Shown one piece after another: positions 8,409 to 18,647 of a stretch of DNA of 64,000 nt. Positions within the stretch are counted from its first letter, which is position 1. Each line of letters starts with the position of its first letter. The notes beneath the pieces are model-generated. The model did no database searches. It was not told the origin of the DNA and was given only the letters and a program-made list of their open reading frames with translations. The translations under genes and the position numbers were made by a program. Source of the DNA: Minisyncoccia bacterium (GTDB lineage Bacteria > Patescibacteriota > Minisyncoccia > Phycocordibacterales > UBA6065); the NCBI GenBank assembly GCA_044233485.1, contig JBIIJY010000002.1:8047-72046 (forward strand), in the 5' to 3' direction.

Positions 8409-10454
8409 TTATATATCGAGGTTCGCTTTGTGAGCGTTGGACTGAATGAAGGACTTTCGGGCTGGAACATCGGTACCCATGAGCATATCGAATATCTTAT
8501 CTGCTTCAACGGCATCGTCAATTGACACCTGCTTGAGCACACGACGAGCTGGATCCATGGTAGTCTCCCACAATTCATCAGCATTCATCTCACCGAGACC
8601 CTTGTATCGCTGAACATTCACTTTTGCTTTACGTGGCGTTTTACCTTCCACTTCTTCCTCTTCTTGCACTTCGGTGTCAGAACTTTCTACTTCGATTTCA
8701 GTCTTTCCGAGAACTTTTGCTTTTTCTTCTTCAGAATAAAAATAGAGAATTTCTTTTCCTCGCTTTACTTTGTAGAGTGGCGGTTGAGCAATGTAGATAA
8801 AGCCGCCATCAATGAGTGGTCGGAAATATCGATAGAGCAGAGTGAGGATCAGGGTTCGAATATGTGCACCGTCCACGTCCGCATCGGTAGCAATGATGAT
8901 TTTGTGATAACGAAGTTTTGAGAGATCAAAGGTGTCTCCAATCGCTGTCCCCATCGCGATGACGAGATTACGGATCTGCTCTGAGCCAAGCATACGATCA
9001 AGTCGTGCACGCTCGATGTTCAAGATCTTTCCTCGTAGTGGCAGCACCGCTTGTGTACGTCGATCACGTCCCTGCTTAGCCGTCCCTCCCGCTGAATCTC
9101 CCTCCACAATAAACACTTCAGACTCTTCGGCAGAGCGTGACTCACAGTCAGCGAGCTTTCCCGGCAGAGTCATACCTTCAAGCACCCCTTTTCGTAGCAC
9201 TGAATCCTTAGCTGCTTTTGCTGCTTTTCGCGCCTTCATCGCAAGGACTACTTTTCCGACAATTGCCTTTGCATCATCAGGATTTTCTTCCAAGAAAACA
9301 TTGAATGCCTCACTGAAGACCGACGCGACTGCGCCTTGCGCTTCCACAGAACCAAGCTTGGCTTTTGTCTGTCCTTCAAATTGAATCTCGCGAAGCTTGA
9401 CCGAGACTACCGCAGTGAGACCTTCGAGCACATCGTCACCAGTGAAACTATCATCTTCACCTTTTACCAAGTTATTTTTCTTGGCATAGGTGTTGAGCGT
9501 TCGAGTCAATGCGGTTTTGAAACCAGTAATATGCGTACCACCCTCAGGGTTATAGATATTGTTAGCAAAAGCAGAGATACGCGATGGAATATCATCGACA
9601 TACTGAAGGGCGATTTCCACAGACTCCACTCCTTCAACCTGCTTCTCTACATAAAATACATTCTTGTGAACTGGCTTCTGGAGATTATTATTAAAACGGA
9701 CGAGTGAAGCAAGTCCACCTTCAAAATAAAACGTATATGATGGCGCCTCGAGGCCCGCGTCAGTGAGATAGTATGAATCAACGAGGTCTGGAACTTTTGC
9801 AGCGTCTACTGTACGCGCATCAACCACTGTGATCCGCAATCCACGAACGAGATATGCCTGCTGACGAACATGGTTTACGACACGATGAAAATCGAAAACT
9901 TGATGACCGAAAATTACTTCATCAGGTTGAAAAGTAACGATTGTACCGTGCGCTTTGGATGCGCCGATTTTTTTTGTCTGAGTTTTAACCTTTCCTTGTG
10001 AGTACTCCTGGAAATAGTGCCCGCCGTCTTTATGTACATCGACTCGACAGTACACTGAAAGGGCATTGACCACCGACGCACCCACACCGTGAAGACCACC
10101 AGACACTTTATAACCACTTCCCTCACCACCGAATTTTCCTCCGGCATGAAGAACTGTCATGATGGTCTCGAGAGCTGAAACCTTTGTCTGCTTGTGCACA
10201 TCCACCGGGATACCTCGACCATTATCAACCACACGCACCTTCTCACCAGGTAAAAGCACGATCTCGATACGGTCGGCATGGTTTCCCATCGCTTCATCAC
10301 GAGAGTTGTCAAAAATTTCCCAAATAAGGTGATGAAAACCGTCTGGCCCAGTCGTACCGATGTACATTCCGGGGCGCTTTCGTACTGGCTCAAGACCCTC
10401 AAGAACTTGGATCGAATCCGCACCGTAATTACCTTTTTCTTTCTCTTTTGCCAT
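8409..10454 (-). CDS. gyrB: DNA gyrase subunit B
   Basis: LEGLEPVRKRPGMYIG, GGLHGVGASVVNALS, IVEGDSAGG, DADVDG, QRYKGLGEMN. Confidence 0.96.
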   Translation of the reverse strand: MAKEKEKGNYGADSIQVLEGLEPVRKRPGMYIGTTGPDGFHHLIWEIFDNSRDEAMGNHADRIEIVLLPGEKVRVVDNGRGIPVDVHKQTKVSALETIMTVLHAGGKFGGEGSGYKVSGGLHGVGASVVNALSVYCRVDVHKDGGHYFQEYSQGKVKTQTKKIGASKAHGTIVTFQPDEVIFGHQVFDFHRVVNHVRQQAYLVRGLRITVVDARTVDAAKVPDLVDSYYLTDAGLEAPSYTFYFEGGLASLVRFNNNLQKPVHKNVFYVEKQVEGVESVEIALQYVDDIPSRISAFANNIYNPEGGTHITGFKTALTRTLNTYAKKNNLVKGEDDSFTGDDVLEGLTAVVSVKLREIQFEGQTKAKLGSVEAQGAVASVFSEAFNVFLEENPDDAKAIVGKVVLAMKARKAAKAAKDSVLRKGVLEGMTLPGKLADCESRSAEESEVFIVEGDSAGGTAKQGRDRRTQAVLPLRGKILNIERARLDRMLGSEQIRNLVIAMGTAIGDTFDLSKLRYHKIIIATDADVDGAHIRTLILTLLYRYFRPLIDGGFIYIAQPPLYKVKRGKEILYFYSEEEKAKVLGKTEIEVESSDTEVQEEEEVEGKTPRKAKVNVQRYKGLGEMNADELWETTMDPARRVLKQVSIDDAVEADKIFDMLMGTDVPARKSFIQSNAHKANLDI

Positions 10455-10635
10455 AGATGTATATACATACTAGTATATCATTTTCTGAAATCTGTCGCAT
10501 TTGACAGTCTCGGTCCGTATCGTAATATATAGATGAATATGAGCACTCGTGGAATTTATTCCTCGACACGACCTAGCCCCACGCTAGGTCTTTTACTTTA
10601 CGTAGCTACTCCTCTGCGCTAGTATAGTGAGTATA

Positions 10636-10800
10636 GAGATTGTCATGGCTACCACCCATGATTTGTATCCACAAAGCCTCGTGCCTAATCTATACTCAAG
10701 AGACGCTTGAGCATACTCAAGCTAAAAGCCCGGTGGAACCGCGCCTGAGCGCCCGAGCATGTACACGACATTTGTCGCGTATACGCTTGGGTGCTTTTTA
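10636..10800 (+). promoter_or_regulatory. Transcriptional T-box riboswitch (Thr) upstream of thrS
   Basis: T-box GGTGGAACCGCG at 10732-10743; antiterminator CGG-[TGGAACC]-GCGC-CTGA-GCGC-CCG; alternative terminator GCGCCCGAGC...GCTTGGGTGC-TTTTT; Stem III-like GCTTGAG-CATA-CTCAAGC; putative ACC specifier at 10651-10653. Confidence 0.85.
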
Positions 10801-10817
10801 TTTATTAATTTACTTCA

Positions 10818-12557
10818 ATGAATCACGAACAATTACCACTTATACGACACTCACTTGCTCACCTTCTCGCCAGTGCTGTACTCGCTCTCTACCCTGAGAC
10901 AAAAGTAACGATCGGCCCAGCGATCGACAATGGCTTTTATTATGACTTCGATTTTGTCACACCACCAAGCGAAAAAGACTTGGGGAAAATCGAGCAAAAG
11001 ATGCGAGAGATCGGAAAGAAGTGGGACAGATTCACCGCTCGTGAAGTCAGTGCTGAGGAAGCTCGAGCTCACTTTGCTGGTAACCAGTATAAACTTGAAC
11101 TTATTGAAGAAATCATCGCCAAAGGTGAAAAAATCACTCTCTACACATCGGGTGATTTTACTGATCTCTGCCGTGGAGGACATGTCGAGTCAATGAAAGC
11201 CGTTGATTTTTCTGGCTTTAAACTCTCACGAATCGCTGGTGCGTACTGGCGCGGCGACGAGAAAAACAAAATGCTCACGCGAATTTATGGTCTCGCTTTC
11301 TTAAGTAAGGCGGACTTGGAAGCATATGAACTCATGCTCGTAGAAGCAAAGAAACGTGATCATAAAGTATTAGGCCCAGCTCTTGATTTGTTCACTTTCT
11401 CAGACCTCGTAGGCACTGGACTCCCTCTTTGGACTCCTCGAGGTACTATCGTGAGAAACCTCCTCGACCAGTACGTATGGTTACTACGGTCACGTTATGA
11501 CTATGAGCGTGTGGAGATACCCCATATCACCAAAAAAGACCTCTACATGACGAGTGGTCATTGGGATAAATACCAAGACGACCTCTTCAAAATAAAAACT
11601 CGTGAGGGACACGAATTCGTCATGAAACCAATGAATTGTCCTCACCACACACAGATCTATGCACGTAAGCAATGGAGTTATAAAGAACTTCCACAACGTT
11701 ACGCCAATACAACCACTTGTTATCGTGATGAGCAGTCGGGAGAGCTCTCAGGACTCTCGCGAGTTCGAGCATTCGCTCAAGATGACGCTCATGTCTTCTG
11801 CCGAATGCAGGACGTTAAAGCCGAGTTTATGAAAGTTTGGGATATTATTCATGAGTTCTATCCGAAATTCGGATTGAATCTACAAGTTCGCTTCTCTCGC
11901 CGCGACCCACAGACACCAGAAAAGTATCTTGGTAGTGCCGAGCGGTGGGATATCGCTGAAAATTTCCTAAAAGAAATCTTGAGTGAGAAACAAGCAGTTG
12001 CAATTGACGGCCCTGGCGAAGCAGCGTTTTACGGGCCGAAGCTCGACTTCATGGCCAAAGATTCTCTTGGCAGAGAGTGGCAGGTGGCAACCATCCAGCT
12101 CGATTTGAACATGCCAGAACGATTTAATCTCGAGTGTGTGAATGAAAAGGGTGAGAAAGAACGTATCGTTATGATACATGCGGCAATTATGGGATCGATT
12201 GAGCGCTTCCTTTCAATCATCATTGAACATTTCGGCGGTAACTTCCCTCTCTGGCTCGCTCCGGTACAGGTAAAGATTATTCCTATACGAGAGAATCACG
12301 CTGAAGCAGCACGCACAGTAGCTGACGCTCTCGAAAAAGCAGGACTACGTGTAGATCTCGATTGTAGTGATACAGGATTTGGTAAAAAAGTACGGGAAGC
12401 AAAAGATATGAAGGTGCCATACACCATCATCATTGGCGACAAAGATATTGAGGCAGGGAAAGTCACTCTTGAGAGTCGTGATGCTGGGCAGATTGGTCAA
12501 CTCAGCGTAGACGAAGTACTCGAACGAATTACCCAAGAAATACAAAAGCGTTCATAA
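10818..12557 (+). CDS. thrS: Threonyl-tRNA synthetase (no TGS domain)
   Basis: RHSLAHL, DLCRGGH, GAYWRGD, KPMNCPHH, GEAAFYGPKLD, HAAIMGSIERF. Confidence 0.97.
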   Translation: MNHEQLPLIRHSLAHLLASAVLALYPETKVTIGPAIDNGFYYDFDFVTPPSEKDLGKIEQKMREIGKKWDRFTAREVSAEEARAHFAGNQYKLELIEEIIAKGEKITLYTSGDFTDLCRGGHVESMKAVDFSGFKLSRIAGAYWRGDEKNKMLTRIYGLAFLSKADLEAYELMLVEAKKRDHKVLGPALDLFTFSDLVGTGLPLWTPRGTIVRNLLDQYVWLLRSRYDYERVEIPHITKKDLYMTSGHWDKYQDDLFKIKTREGHEFVMKPMNCPHHTQIYARKQWSYKELPQRYANTTTCYRDEQSGELSGLSRVRAFAQDDAHVFCRMQDVKAEFMKVWDIIHEFYPKFGLNLQVRFSRRDPQTPEKYLGSAERWDIAENFLKEILSEKQAVAIDGPGEAAFYGPKLDFMAKDSLGREWQVATIQLDLNMPERFNLECVNEKGEKERIVMIHAAIMGSIERFLSIIIEHFGGNFPLWLAPVQVKIIPIRENHAEAARTVADALEKAGLRVDLDCSDTGFGKKVREAKDMKVPYTIIIGDKDIEAGKVTLESRDAGQIGQLSVDEVLERITQEIQKRS

Positions 12558-12576
12558 TTGCAAACTATCACAACCT

Positions 12577-12606
12577 AAAAGAGCATCACCGAGTGATGCT
12601 CTTTTT
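12577..12606. terminator. Bidirectional terminator between convergent genes
   Basis: AAAAGAGCATCAC-CGA-GTGATGCTCTTTTT. Confidence 0.85.
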
Positions 12607-12619
12607 GACGCTCGCTTCT

Positions 12620-13474
12620 CTATTTCGAATCGAGTTCGCATACCGCCCCCGCCTCATCGAGAATCTGCCCGACTTTGTCGTCTGAATGGCCAAGATTTTT
12701 CAGAGCTTCTGTCCGTTCCTTTACATCACGGCACAGTACCATACCCTCTTTCATCAGAAGCTGCTTATCTTGTCTTGAGAGACTTGAAAGAACAGTGATC
12801 GGGTGTAGTCGAGACTCTTCAATCATATGCTGAATACTTTCTTTGTGTGGGTAACTCCACCCGACAAGCTTCATCCCCTTACACTCAGCATAGGCGATCG
12901 CTTTATCAGTGAACTTTGTATTGGTAACAAGCCACCCATCAGTAAATTCCCGTCGCTTGCCACCGAATTCATACGAATTACCTTTAATATCTTCATACCG
13001 CGCCTTTACGTAGAGAGCAGTCTTGAGGTCGGACTTAAGCCAGAACTCATTATGAAATTTCGCTTCGATAAATATGAGCTCGGTATCTGACCAGGCGACC
13101 ACGTCTATCTCGTGCTCCACACAACTCCCTTTCACGATCTGATTCGTGACCACTTCATACCCAAACGTCTTGAGTATCTCTGCAAAATATTTTTCAAAGG
13201 TAAACCCTTCTGGCCCGAGTTCAGAGAGAGCGCGCTTGAGTGAGTACTTCATCGCCGCGTGTCGCTCGAGCGTGTGCAAGAGATGGAATGCTTTATCGTG
13301 GATGTCGAAAGTCTTCTCACCTCCCACAAGACCAGCCGCGATTTCCTCGACTACCTTGAGGGCAGTCGCTTCATTGGCTCCGGCCCGTGAGAGTGAACGG
13401 AGGAGTTTTGAGGGATTAAAAATTTCTTGCGTGCCGTCAGCTTTGTAAACAATAATGGGTTTCTTTTCTTCCAT
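12620..13474 (-). CDS. ATP-cone plus Mrr-like PD-(D/E)xK nuclease domain protein
   Basis: N-terminal VYKADGTQEIFNPSKLLRSL (ATP cone); GFTFEKY...EIDVVA...IEAKFH; GWLVTNTKFT; start at MEEKK after TATACT. Confidence 0.8.
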   Translation of the reverse strand: MEEKKPIIVYKADGTQEIFNPSKLLRSLSRAGANEATALKVVEEIAAGLVGGEKTFDIHDKAFHLLHTLERHAAMKYSLKRALSELGPEGFTFEKYFAEILKTFGYEVVTNQIVKGSCVEHEIDVVAWSDTELIFIEAKFHNEFWLKSDLKTALYVKARYEDIKGNSYEFGGKRREFTDGWLVTNTKFTDKAIAYAECKGMKLVGWSYPHKESIQHMIEESRLHPITVLSSLSRQDKQLLMKEGMVLCRDVKERTEALKNLGHSDDKVGQILDEAGAVCELDSK

Positions 13475-13511
13475 TGCCACAGTATATCGAGAAGTGGCGC
13501 TTTGTAAAAAA

Positions 13512-14588
13512 TTAGGCGATGATCCCGCCACCGACGCACACCTCACCCCGATAGATCACACACGACTGCCCAGCTGTCGCGACCTCACCTTGTTCAAGGA
13601 AATGCACCTGACACGAATTGTTACCACTCATTGTGATCCGCGCTGGGACAAGCGCCTGGCGATATCGTGTACGCACTTGATACACTTCGTCTTTTGGCGT
13701 GTGGACGTCTCGCCAGACAACATCAGTCAGCGTACACTCTGACTTCATTTGCACCTGAGGTTTATCGTGACTTACGGTGATCGTGTTTGCTTCAATGTTT
13801 TTCGCACAGACAAAATACGGCGAATCCTGTGGAGTCTTTGATGTTATCCTAAACCCGTGCCGTTCGCCGAGAGTATAAAATAGTGCACCATCATGAGTAC
13901 CGATCACCCGATCTTGCACATCAAGTACATTTCCTTTTTGCCGTTCAATATAGTGAAGTAAAAATTCCTTCATATCGATTTTGCCGACGAAACACAGACC
14001 TTGACTATCTCGCTTTTCCGCTACAGGAAGCTTGAAAGATCTCGCCAACGAGCGGACTTTTTCTTTCGGAAGGTCGCCTACCGGAAAGACACAAGAAGCG
14101 AGCTGTTCTGTCGTGAGCGTCCAGAGGAAGTACGACTGATCTTTATCTTCATCGCCTTTCAAAAGAGCAGTCACACCGTCTTCGACGCGAGTCTGAGCAT
14201 AGTGGCCTGTGGCGACAAATTCCGCTCCCTGTGCGCGAGCGTATCTGAAAAAGCCACCGAATTTTACGTACTTGTTACACATCACATCAGGATTAGGAGT
14301 TCGTCCCGCTTGATACTCGCCAATCATGTAGTCGACAACATGCTTTTTATACTCCTGTTCTAGGTCAAGGGTCACAAACGGGATATCAAGAAGAGCGGCG
14401 ACTCGCATCGCATCGAGACGATCCTGCTCGGCGGTACATGGGAACCAATCCGGTTGCCACACCTTAATAAAAACCCCTGTGACCTCCGCTCCAGCACGCT
14501 TAAGGAGAGCCGCTGACACCGAAGAGTCCACCCCGCCAGACATGCCGAGATAGACTTTTTTCCCTTTCAGATGCGCCAGAGAATTCAT
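13512..14588 (-). CDS. mnmA: tRNA 2-thiouridylase MnmA
   Basis: GMSGGVDSSV, GRTPNPDVMCN, ATGHYA, KDQSYFL, DSQGLCF. Confidence 0.96.
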   Translation of the reverse strand: MNSLAHLKGKKVYLGMSGGVDSSVSAALLKRAGAEVTGVFIKVWQPDWFPCTAEQDRLDAMRVAALLDIPFVTLDLEQEYKKHVVDYMIGEYQAGRTPNPDVMCNKYVKFGGFFRYARAQGAEFVATGHYAQTRVEDGVTALLKGDEDKDQSYFLWTLTTEQLASCVFPVGDLPKEKVRSLARSFKLPVAEKRDSQGLCFVGKIDMKEFLLHYIERQKGNVLDVQDRVIGTHDGALFYTLGERHGFRITSKTPQDSPYFVCAKNIEANTITVSHDKPQVQMKSECTLTDVVWRDVHTPKDEVYQVRTRYRQALVPARITMSGNNSCQVHFLEQGEVATAGQSCVIYRGEVCVGGGIIA

Positions 14589-14626
14589 AAAATACACAAT
14601 ACTTATTTCTCTAACTCTTGTCAAAA

Positions 14627-15622
14627 TTAACGAAGGTACTTATTTTTGAGCACGACATGTTCCTCGAGTGTTCGAGAAAAATGAGTTGTGCCGTTTTTTT
14701 CTGAGAGGTAGAAATAATACGTTGTCTCAATCGGGTTTACTGTCGCCCGAATCGAGCCAAGGCCAGGGTTAGTGATCGGCGCCGGCGGCAGCCCGAGATT
14801 GGCATAGGTATTAAAAGGTGATGAACTGTCACGGAGCTCGGCTTTCGTAATCGTTTCAGACAAAGTCTTACCGTTCACTTTTTGAAAGGCAGCATCAACC
14901 TGTAGTGGCCACCCTTCACGCAAGCGCTTCCACAAGAGCCCAGCAATCATTTGCCGGTCACGGACAGAACGCCCCTCATCTTCAATGATTGAAGCCATGA
15001 TTATGACGTCCTTTTGTGACTTCCCAAACTTTTTTATTTCTTCCTGTACGGTAGCAATCCGTCGATCAAAATTTGCTTTCATGAGAGCGATCACGTCTTC
15101 AACACTTGCCGTCATAGGGATTCGATACGTGTCAGGAAAGAGGTAGCCTTCGTATTTTTCCGCCTTGATGATGAACTCTTCCTTTTTTATATTTGGCACG
15201 GTCGACGAAAGTATCTCTGCTATTTCTCGAACATTTAATCCTTCACGAATCGTGACCCACCGAGTCGGTATCTGTGTATCACCACGAACAAGGCGAAGCG
15301 CCATACTAAACGCACCAATTTTCTTCGGGAAATAATATTCACCCGCTTGTATTTTCCCATTACCGAGAAGATACACCCACGCTTTAAATACGTATGGGGA
15401 CTTGATGTACGACTCTTCCTCCAGACTACGAGCTGTCCAGGCAAGCCCATCACCCCGCGCTATGGTATAGGCACCCTGAACTGGAAAGTCACTGGGGACG
15501 AGCAAGAATCCGACTATCTGAACAGATATTCCAGCGATAAGCACAAATGCCGTAATGATAAAGATGCGGGCATGGTTTGGTATCAGTCGGTAATGGTCGA
15601 GCATACGGTAAAAGATATTCAT
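14627..15622 (-). CDS. mltG: Endolytic transglycosylase MltG
   Basis: N-terminal TM; EGYLFPDTY, MASIIEDE, LQVDA, SPFNTY..GLPPAPITNPG. Confidence 0.93.
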   Translation of the reverse strand: MNIFYRMLDHYRLIPNHARIFIITAFVLIAGISVQIVGFLLVPSDFPVQGAYTIARGDGLAWTARSLEEESYIKSPYVFKAWVYLLGNGKIQAGEYYFPKKIGAFSMALRLVRGDTQIPTRWVTIREGLNVREIAEILSSTVPNIKKEEFIIKAEKYEGYLFPDTYRIPMTASVEDVIALMKANFDRRIATVQEEIKKFGKSQKDVIIMASIIEDEGRSVRDRQMIAGLLWKRLREGWPLQVDAAFQKVNGKTLSETITKAELRDSSSPFNTYANLGLPPAPITNPGLGSIRATVNPIETTYYFYLSEKNGTTHFSRTLEEHVVLKNKYLR

Positions 15623-15637
15623 GGCGGATAATCGGGA

Positions 15638-16984
15638 TTATATCGGAAGATTTGCTGGAGCGGTAGACTTCTTTGAAGGAATACGCGTGAATGTTGGTGT
15701 ACGAGCCACAGATCCTGGGAAGTGGTAGATCGTCGCCAATTCTTCGGTGGTTAAGACCATTGTTCCTTCATGTCGTTCTATTTTCTCATACCAAGAACGT
15801 AAACGGTAGGCTTCATACATACCGAGCTTATTGCCATTTGACTGTACATTCTTAAAGTCTGGCCAATACCATTTACCAGCACTCACGTCAGTATCCTTGG
15901 CAAAGCCGTTCAAGTTTACGGAATTGAACTGTTTCCACATACCTGGGCCGACAAGCCCTTTGTTTTTAAACTTACTTTTTTCAGCAATATACACGACTCG
16001 TATCCCTACTTCAAAAGCGAATTTATTAACCGCACGTTCAAGCGCTTCGATCGTCTCTTGTTGAAACTTAGTCGGACTATACCCAAAATCCTTGTCTTCG
16101 TCTTTGACTTTTAACTTCAAAATTCCGGCGGTCTTCAAATCTTCGAGAGCTTTCTTGGTCGCATCTTTGAACGGATCTTCTTCCTTCCAGATCATTTTCC
16201 AAAAATCACCAGAGAGGATCTGCCCCCAGGTCTTACCTTCTTTTGCTTTCTTTTCCCAGAAAGATGTCCACCCGCCCCAAACTTTTTTCTTACCAAGTGA
16301 GCGCACCACCATCTGCACCCAGGCATGTTCGCCACTCTTGAGCGCACCAAGCGACTCGATCAGCACCGTGAGTGGATCGATCTTTTCCTCTTCCTCTGTC
16401 CCTGGCTTGTCCATACCGTAGTCTATATAGGTCTTGATCGGCAACGGATCGGCTTTCGAAAGCTTCAGCGTATACCCTTCGAGATCGTGCTCATGTATAG
16501 AAAAAGGAACCGAAGCAGTGTAGTCGGGTACCTCATTGATTTCGATGTCCGGAAACTGCGAGTAAATCTGTACCTCAATGTTATTTTTAAGTTTCTTGGG
16601 TACATACATGTAAAATTGCACCTCGCCACCATGACTCGCCATCTCGAGCGAGAACGACGGACGGAGGGTTCCTTTGATATTTCGGTCAATCCATGTCCCC
16701 TCGCCACCAGCTTGGTGAATCGCGGTCAAGACGATTTCCATAGCTTTCGGGGTTTTGAAGGTCTCTTGCGGAAGGCGTATCTGTATACAGACCCAGTCGA
16801 TCTCGGTCATCGCTTTGAGGCGTCGCCACTTCACCCAAGATTTCCAAGTCGTCGCAATAACTGTGTAGAGTAGTACATATGGAAAGAGATACATAAAAAT
16901 ATCCGCCACTTGTGGGAACAAGACGCGTAGCTGACTCAACACTCCTTCATCAAAATAGCGCACAACGGTGTCTAACATACTCAT
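15638..16984 (-). CDS. Conserved membrane-anchored hypothetical protein (CPR-type)
   Basis: 448-aa ORF; N-terminal TM; FSLEMAS, QIYSQFPD, PIKTY, EELATIYHFP motifs. Confidence 0.7.
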   Translation of the reverse strand: MSMLDTVVRYFDEGVLSQLRVLFPQVADIFMYLFPYVLLYTVIATTWKSWVKWRRLKAMTEIDWVCIQIRLPQETFKTPKAMEIVLTAIHQAGGEGTWIDRNIKGTLRPSFSLEMASHGGEVQFYMYVPKKLKNNIEVQIYSQFPDIEINEVPDYTASVPFSIHEHDLEGYTLKLSKADPLPIKTYIDYGMDKPGTEEEEKIDPLTVLIESLGALKSGEHAWVQMVVRSLGKKKVWGGWTSFWEKKAKEGKTWGQILSGDFWKMIWKEEDPFKDATKKALEDLKTAGILKLKVKDEDKDFGYSPTKFQQETIEALERAVNKFAFEVGIRVVYIAEKSKFKNKGLVGPGMWKQFNSVNLNGFAKDTDVSAGKWYWPDFKNVQSNGNKLGMYEAYRLRSWYEKIERHEGTMVLTTEELATIYHFPGSVARTPTFTRIPSKKSTAPANLPI

Positions 16985-17080
16985 AGACTAGTATACACAA
17001 GAGTTATATTTGTATATCAACAAAAAAGGCCGCTTGCTCCTTGAGGGAGGCAAGCGGCCGTGAAAAAGATCATTCCGAAA

Positions 17081-18238
17081 CTACTGTGTGAGAAGAGCCC
17101 GAGGGTCTACCACACCTTTAAATTTGAGGAACAGGTGATAAGCCTGTGCACGGGGGAATGTGAAACTGAACTTCCCATTGCTGTCTGGCAGGATAGTCTT
17201 GTCGATACCAGACAACACATCGCGAACGACGATACTGGAAGGGACCGAGAAATACCGTCCTTCCCGCCCGAATACAGTAACGCGGGGCGAGAACGTTACT
17301 TCACCGCCCACTAGAGGCGGTGTGAGCTCAACCACTGGATACACTCCGATCACCGTTCCCGGCACATCGCCAAAAACTGAATGTGACTCCCAGAAAGTAA
17401 CTTCGGGAAACTTTATTCCTTCTCGGATGATATGAATAAATCCATCCTCAGCCGAGATTTTCCGGAGATGCAGGTCGATTTTCTCGGCCTCCGCGATGAC
17501 GGTGTGACCATTGAGGTCAATCGCAACTGCGCCAGTGAATCCACGTTGATTGACCGTCAAGACAAGTGTCCCCGAATTGAGCGAACTGACGGGAACTATA
17601 GCTCTATTGTCGACGATCGGGATCTCCAAGCTAGGCACTTGCCAATTGCCCGATAACCACCCAGCGGCCGTGATACGAGTGTTTTCGTTTCCACTGATTG
17701 CGATCGACTCAGTATTCGATGTGAATATCACAGGCGTCGGTGTTGCCACCAAACGACCATCGACTTCATTGATCTGGACAGCGGAGTATCCGCGGAAGAG
17801 AACAATCCCTTCCTTGGAGAAGAGCTCGACTCTGATCTGCACATCATAGTGCCCGTTGACTGGGGCTACCTCAACCCCGCGAATGGGGTCGTTTTGAAAG
17901 ACCCCTTCAAGAGACTGCGCTGAGCCGGGAATGTATCCCCGACTCATAAGCTCCGCGACACTGAGTCTCCTCGTCCGCTCTTCTTCCCTGCCTACAGCTG
18001 ACTGGCCGTAGACTAGGAACTCCGCCGTAGCGAAGCTCTTGAAGAGATACGACTCGACACTTGCCCTCCCGCCGACGATCACATCGAAGGGAACAATGGG
18101 TGCGCTTTGGACGCTGATCTCGGCCTTCTCCTGCGAGTAGGCCGTGGTGACGAACAAGCTTGCCACAAGGGCAAACAATGCGATGATATGTTTCATTTTT
18201 CCTGCTGATGTGTTTTGTGTTTCTGTTGACTGCGACAC
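17081..18238 (-). CDS. Hypothetical secreted protein
   Basis: 385-aa ORF; signal-like MKHIIALFALVASLFVTTAYS (alternative start 18196); terminator at about 17023-17059. Confidence 0.7.
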   Translation of the reverse strand: MSQSTETQNTSAGKMKHIIALFALVASLFVTTAYSQEKAEISVQSAPIVPFDVIVGGRASVESYLFKSFATAEFLVYGQSAVGREEERTRRLSVAELMSRGYIPGSAQSLEGVFQNDPIRGVEVAPVNGHYDVQIRVELFSKEGIVLFRGYSAVQINEVDGRLVATPTPVIFTSNTESIAISGNENTRITAAGWLSGNWQVPSLEIPIVDNRAIVPVSSLNSGTLVLTVNQRGFTGAVAIDLNGHTVIAEAEKIDLHLRKISAEDGFIHIIREGIKFPEVTFWESHSVFGDVPGTVIGVYPVVELTPPLVGGEVTFSPRVTVFGREGRYFSVPSSIVVRDVLSGIDKTILPDSNGKFSFTFPRAQAYHLFLKFKGVVDPRALLTQ

Positions 18239-18436
18239 TTACTTCACCCCCATCACGGGGATCGGGGTGATGTCCACGCGCCGAGGCGCGTTGGAAAGAC
18301 TCTGGGTTGCGAGGGGTGCGGGCGTTGCCTGCACCCCAGACTGTTCTGAGACCGATCGTTTCGAGGCACTCTGAATCGAATTCAAGAGAAGCAAGATGAC
18401 GATGGCACAGACGAGTAACGATGCGATTTTGCGCAT
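18239..18436 (-). CDS. Small hypothetical membrane/secreted protein
   Basis: Hydrophobic N-terminus; abuts the next ORF with no gap. Confidence 0.55.
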   Translation of the reverse strand: MRKIASLLVCAIVILLLLNSIQSASKRSVSEQSGVQATPAPLATQSLSNAPRRVDITPIPVMGVK

Positions 18437-18647
18437 ATTTTAGATGAATTGTTCCTGCAATTGAGAATCAGTCTGACACATTTTCCACACCACACGGTGC
18501 AAAAGCTGTAAAAGACCTTCTATTTACTAGTATATCACATATTACTGATATGTCAATAGCTATAGACCTACTCTCCACGATGACATTCACCTGCTCAACC
18601 CAACTCACCAGCCACAATAAAAAACCGGCCGAAGCCGGTTTTTTATA

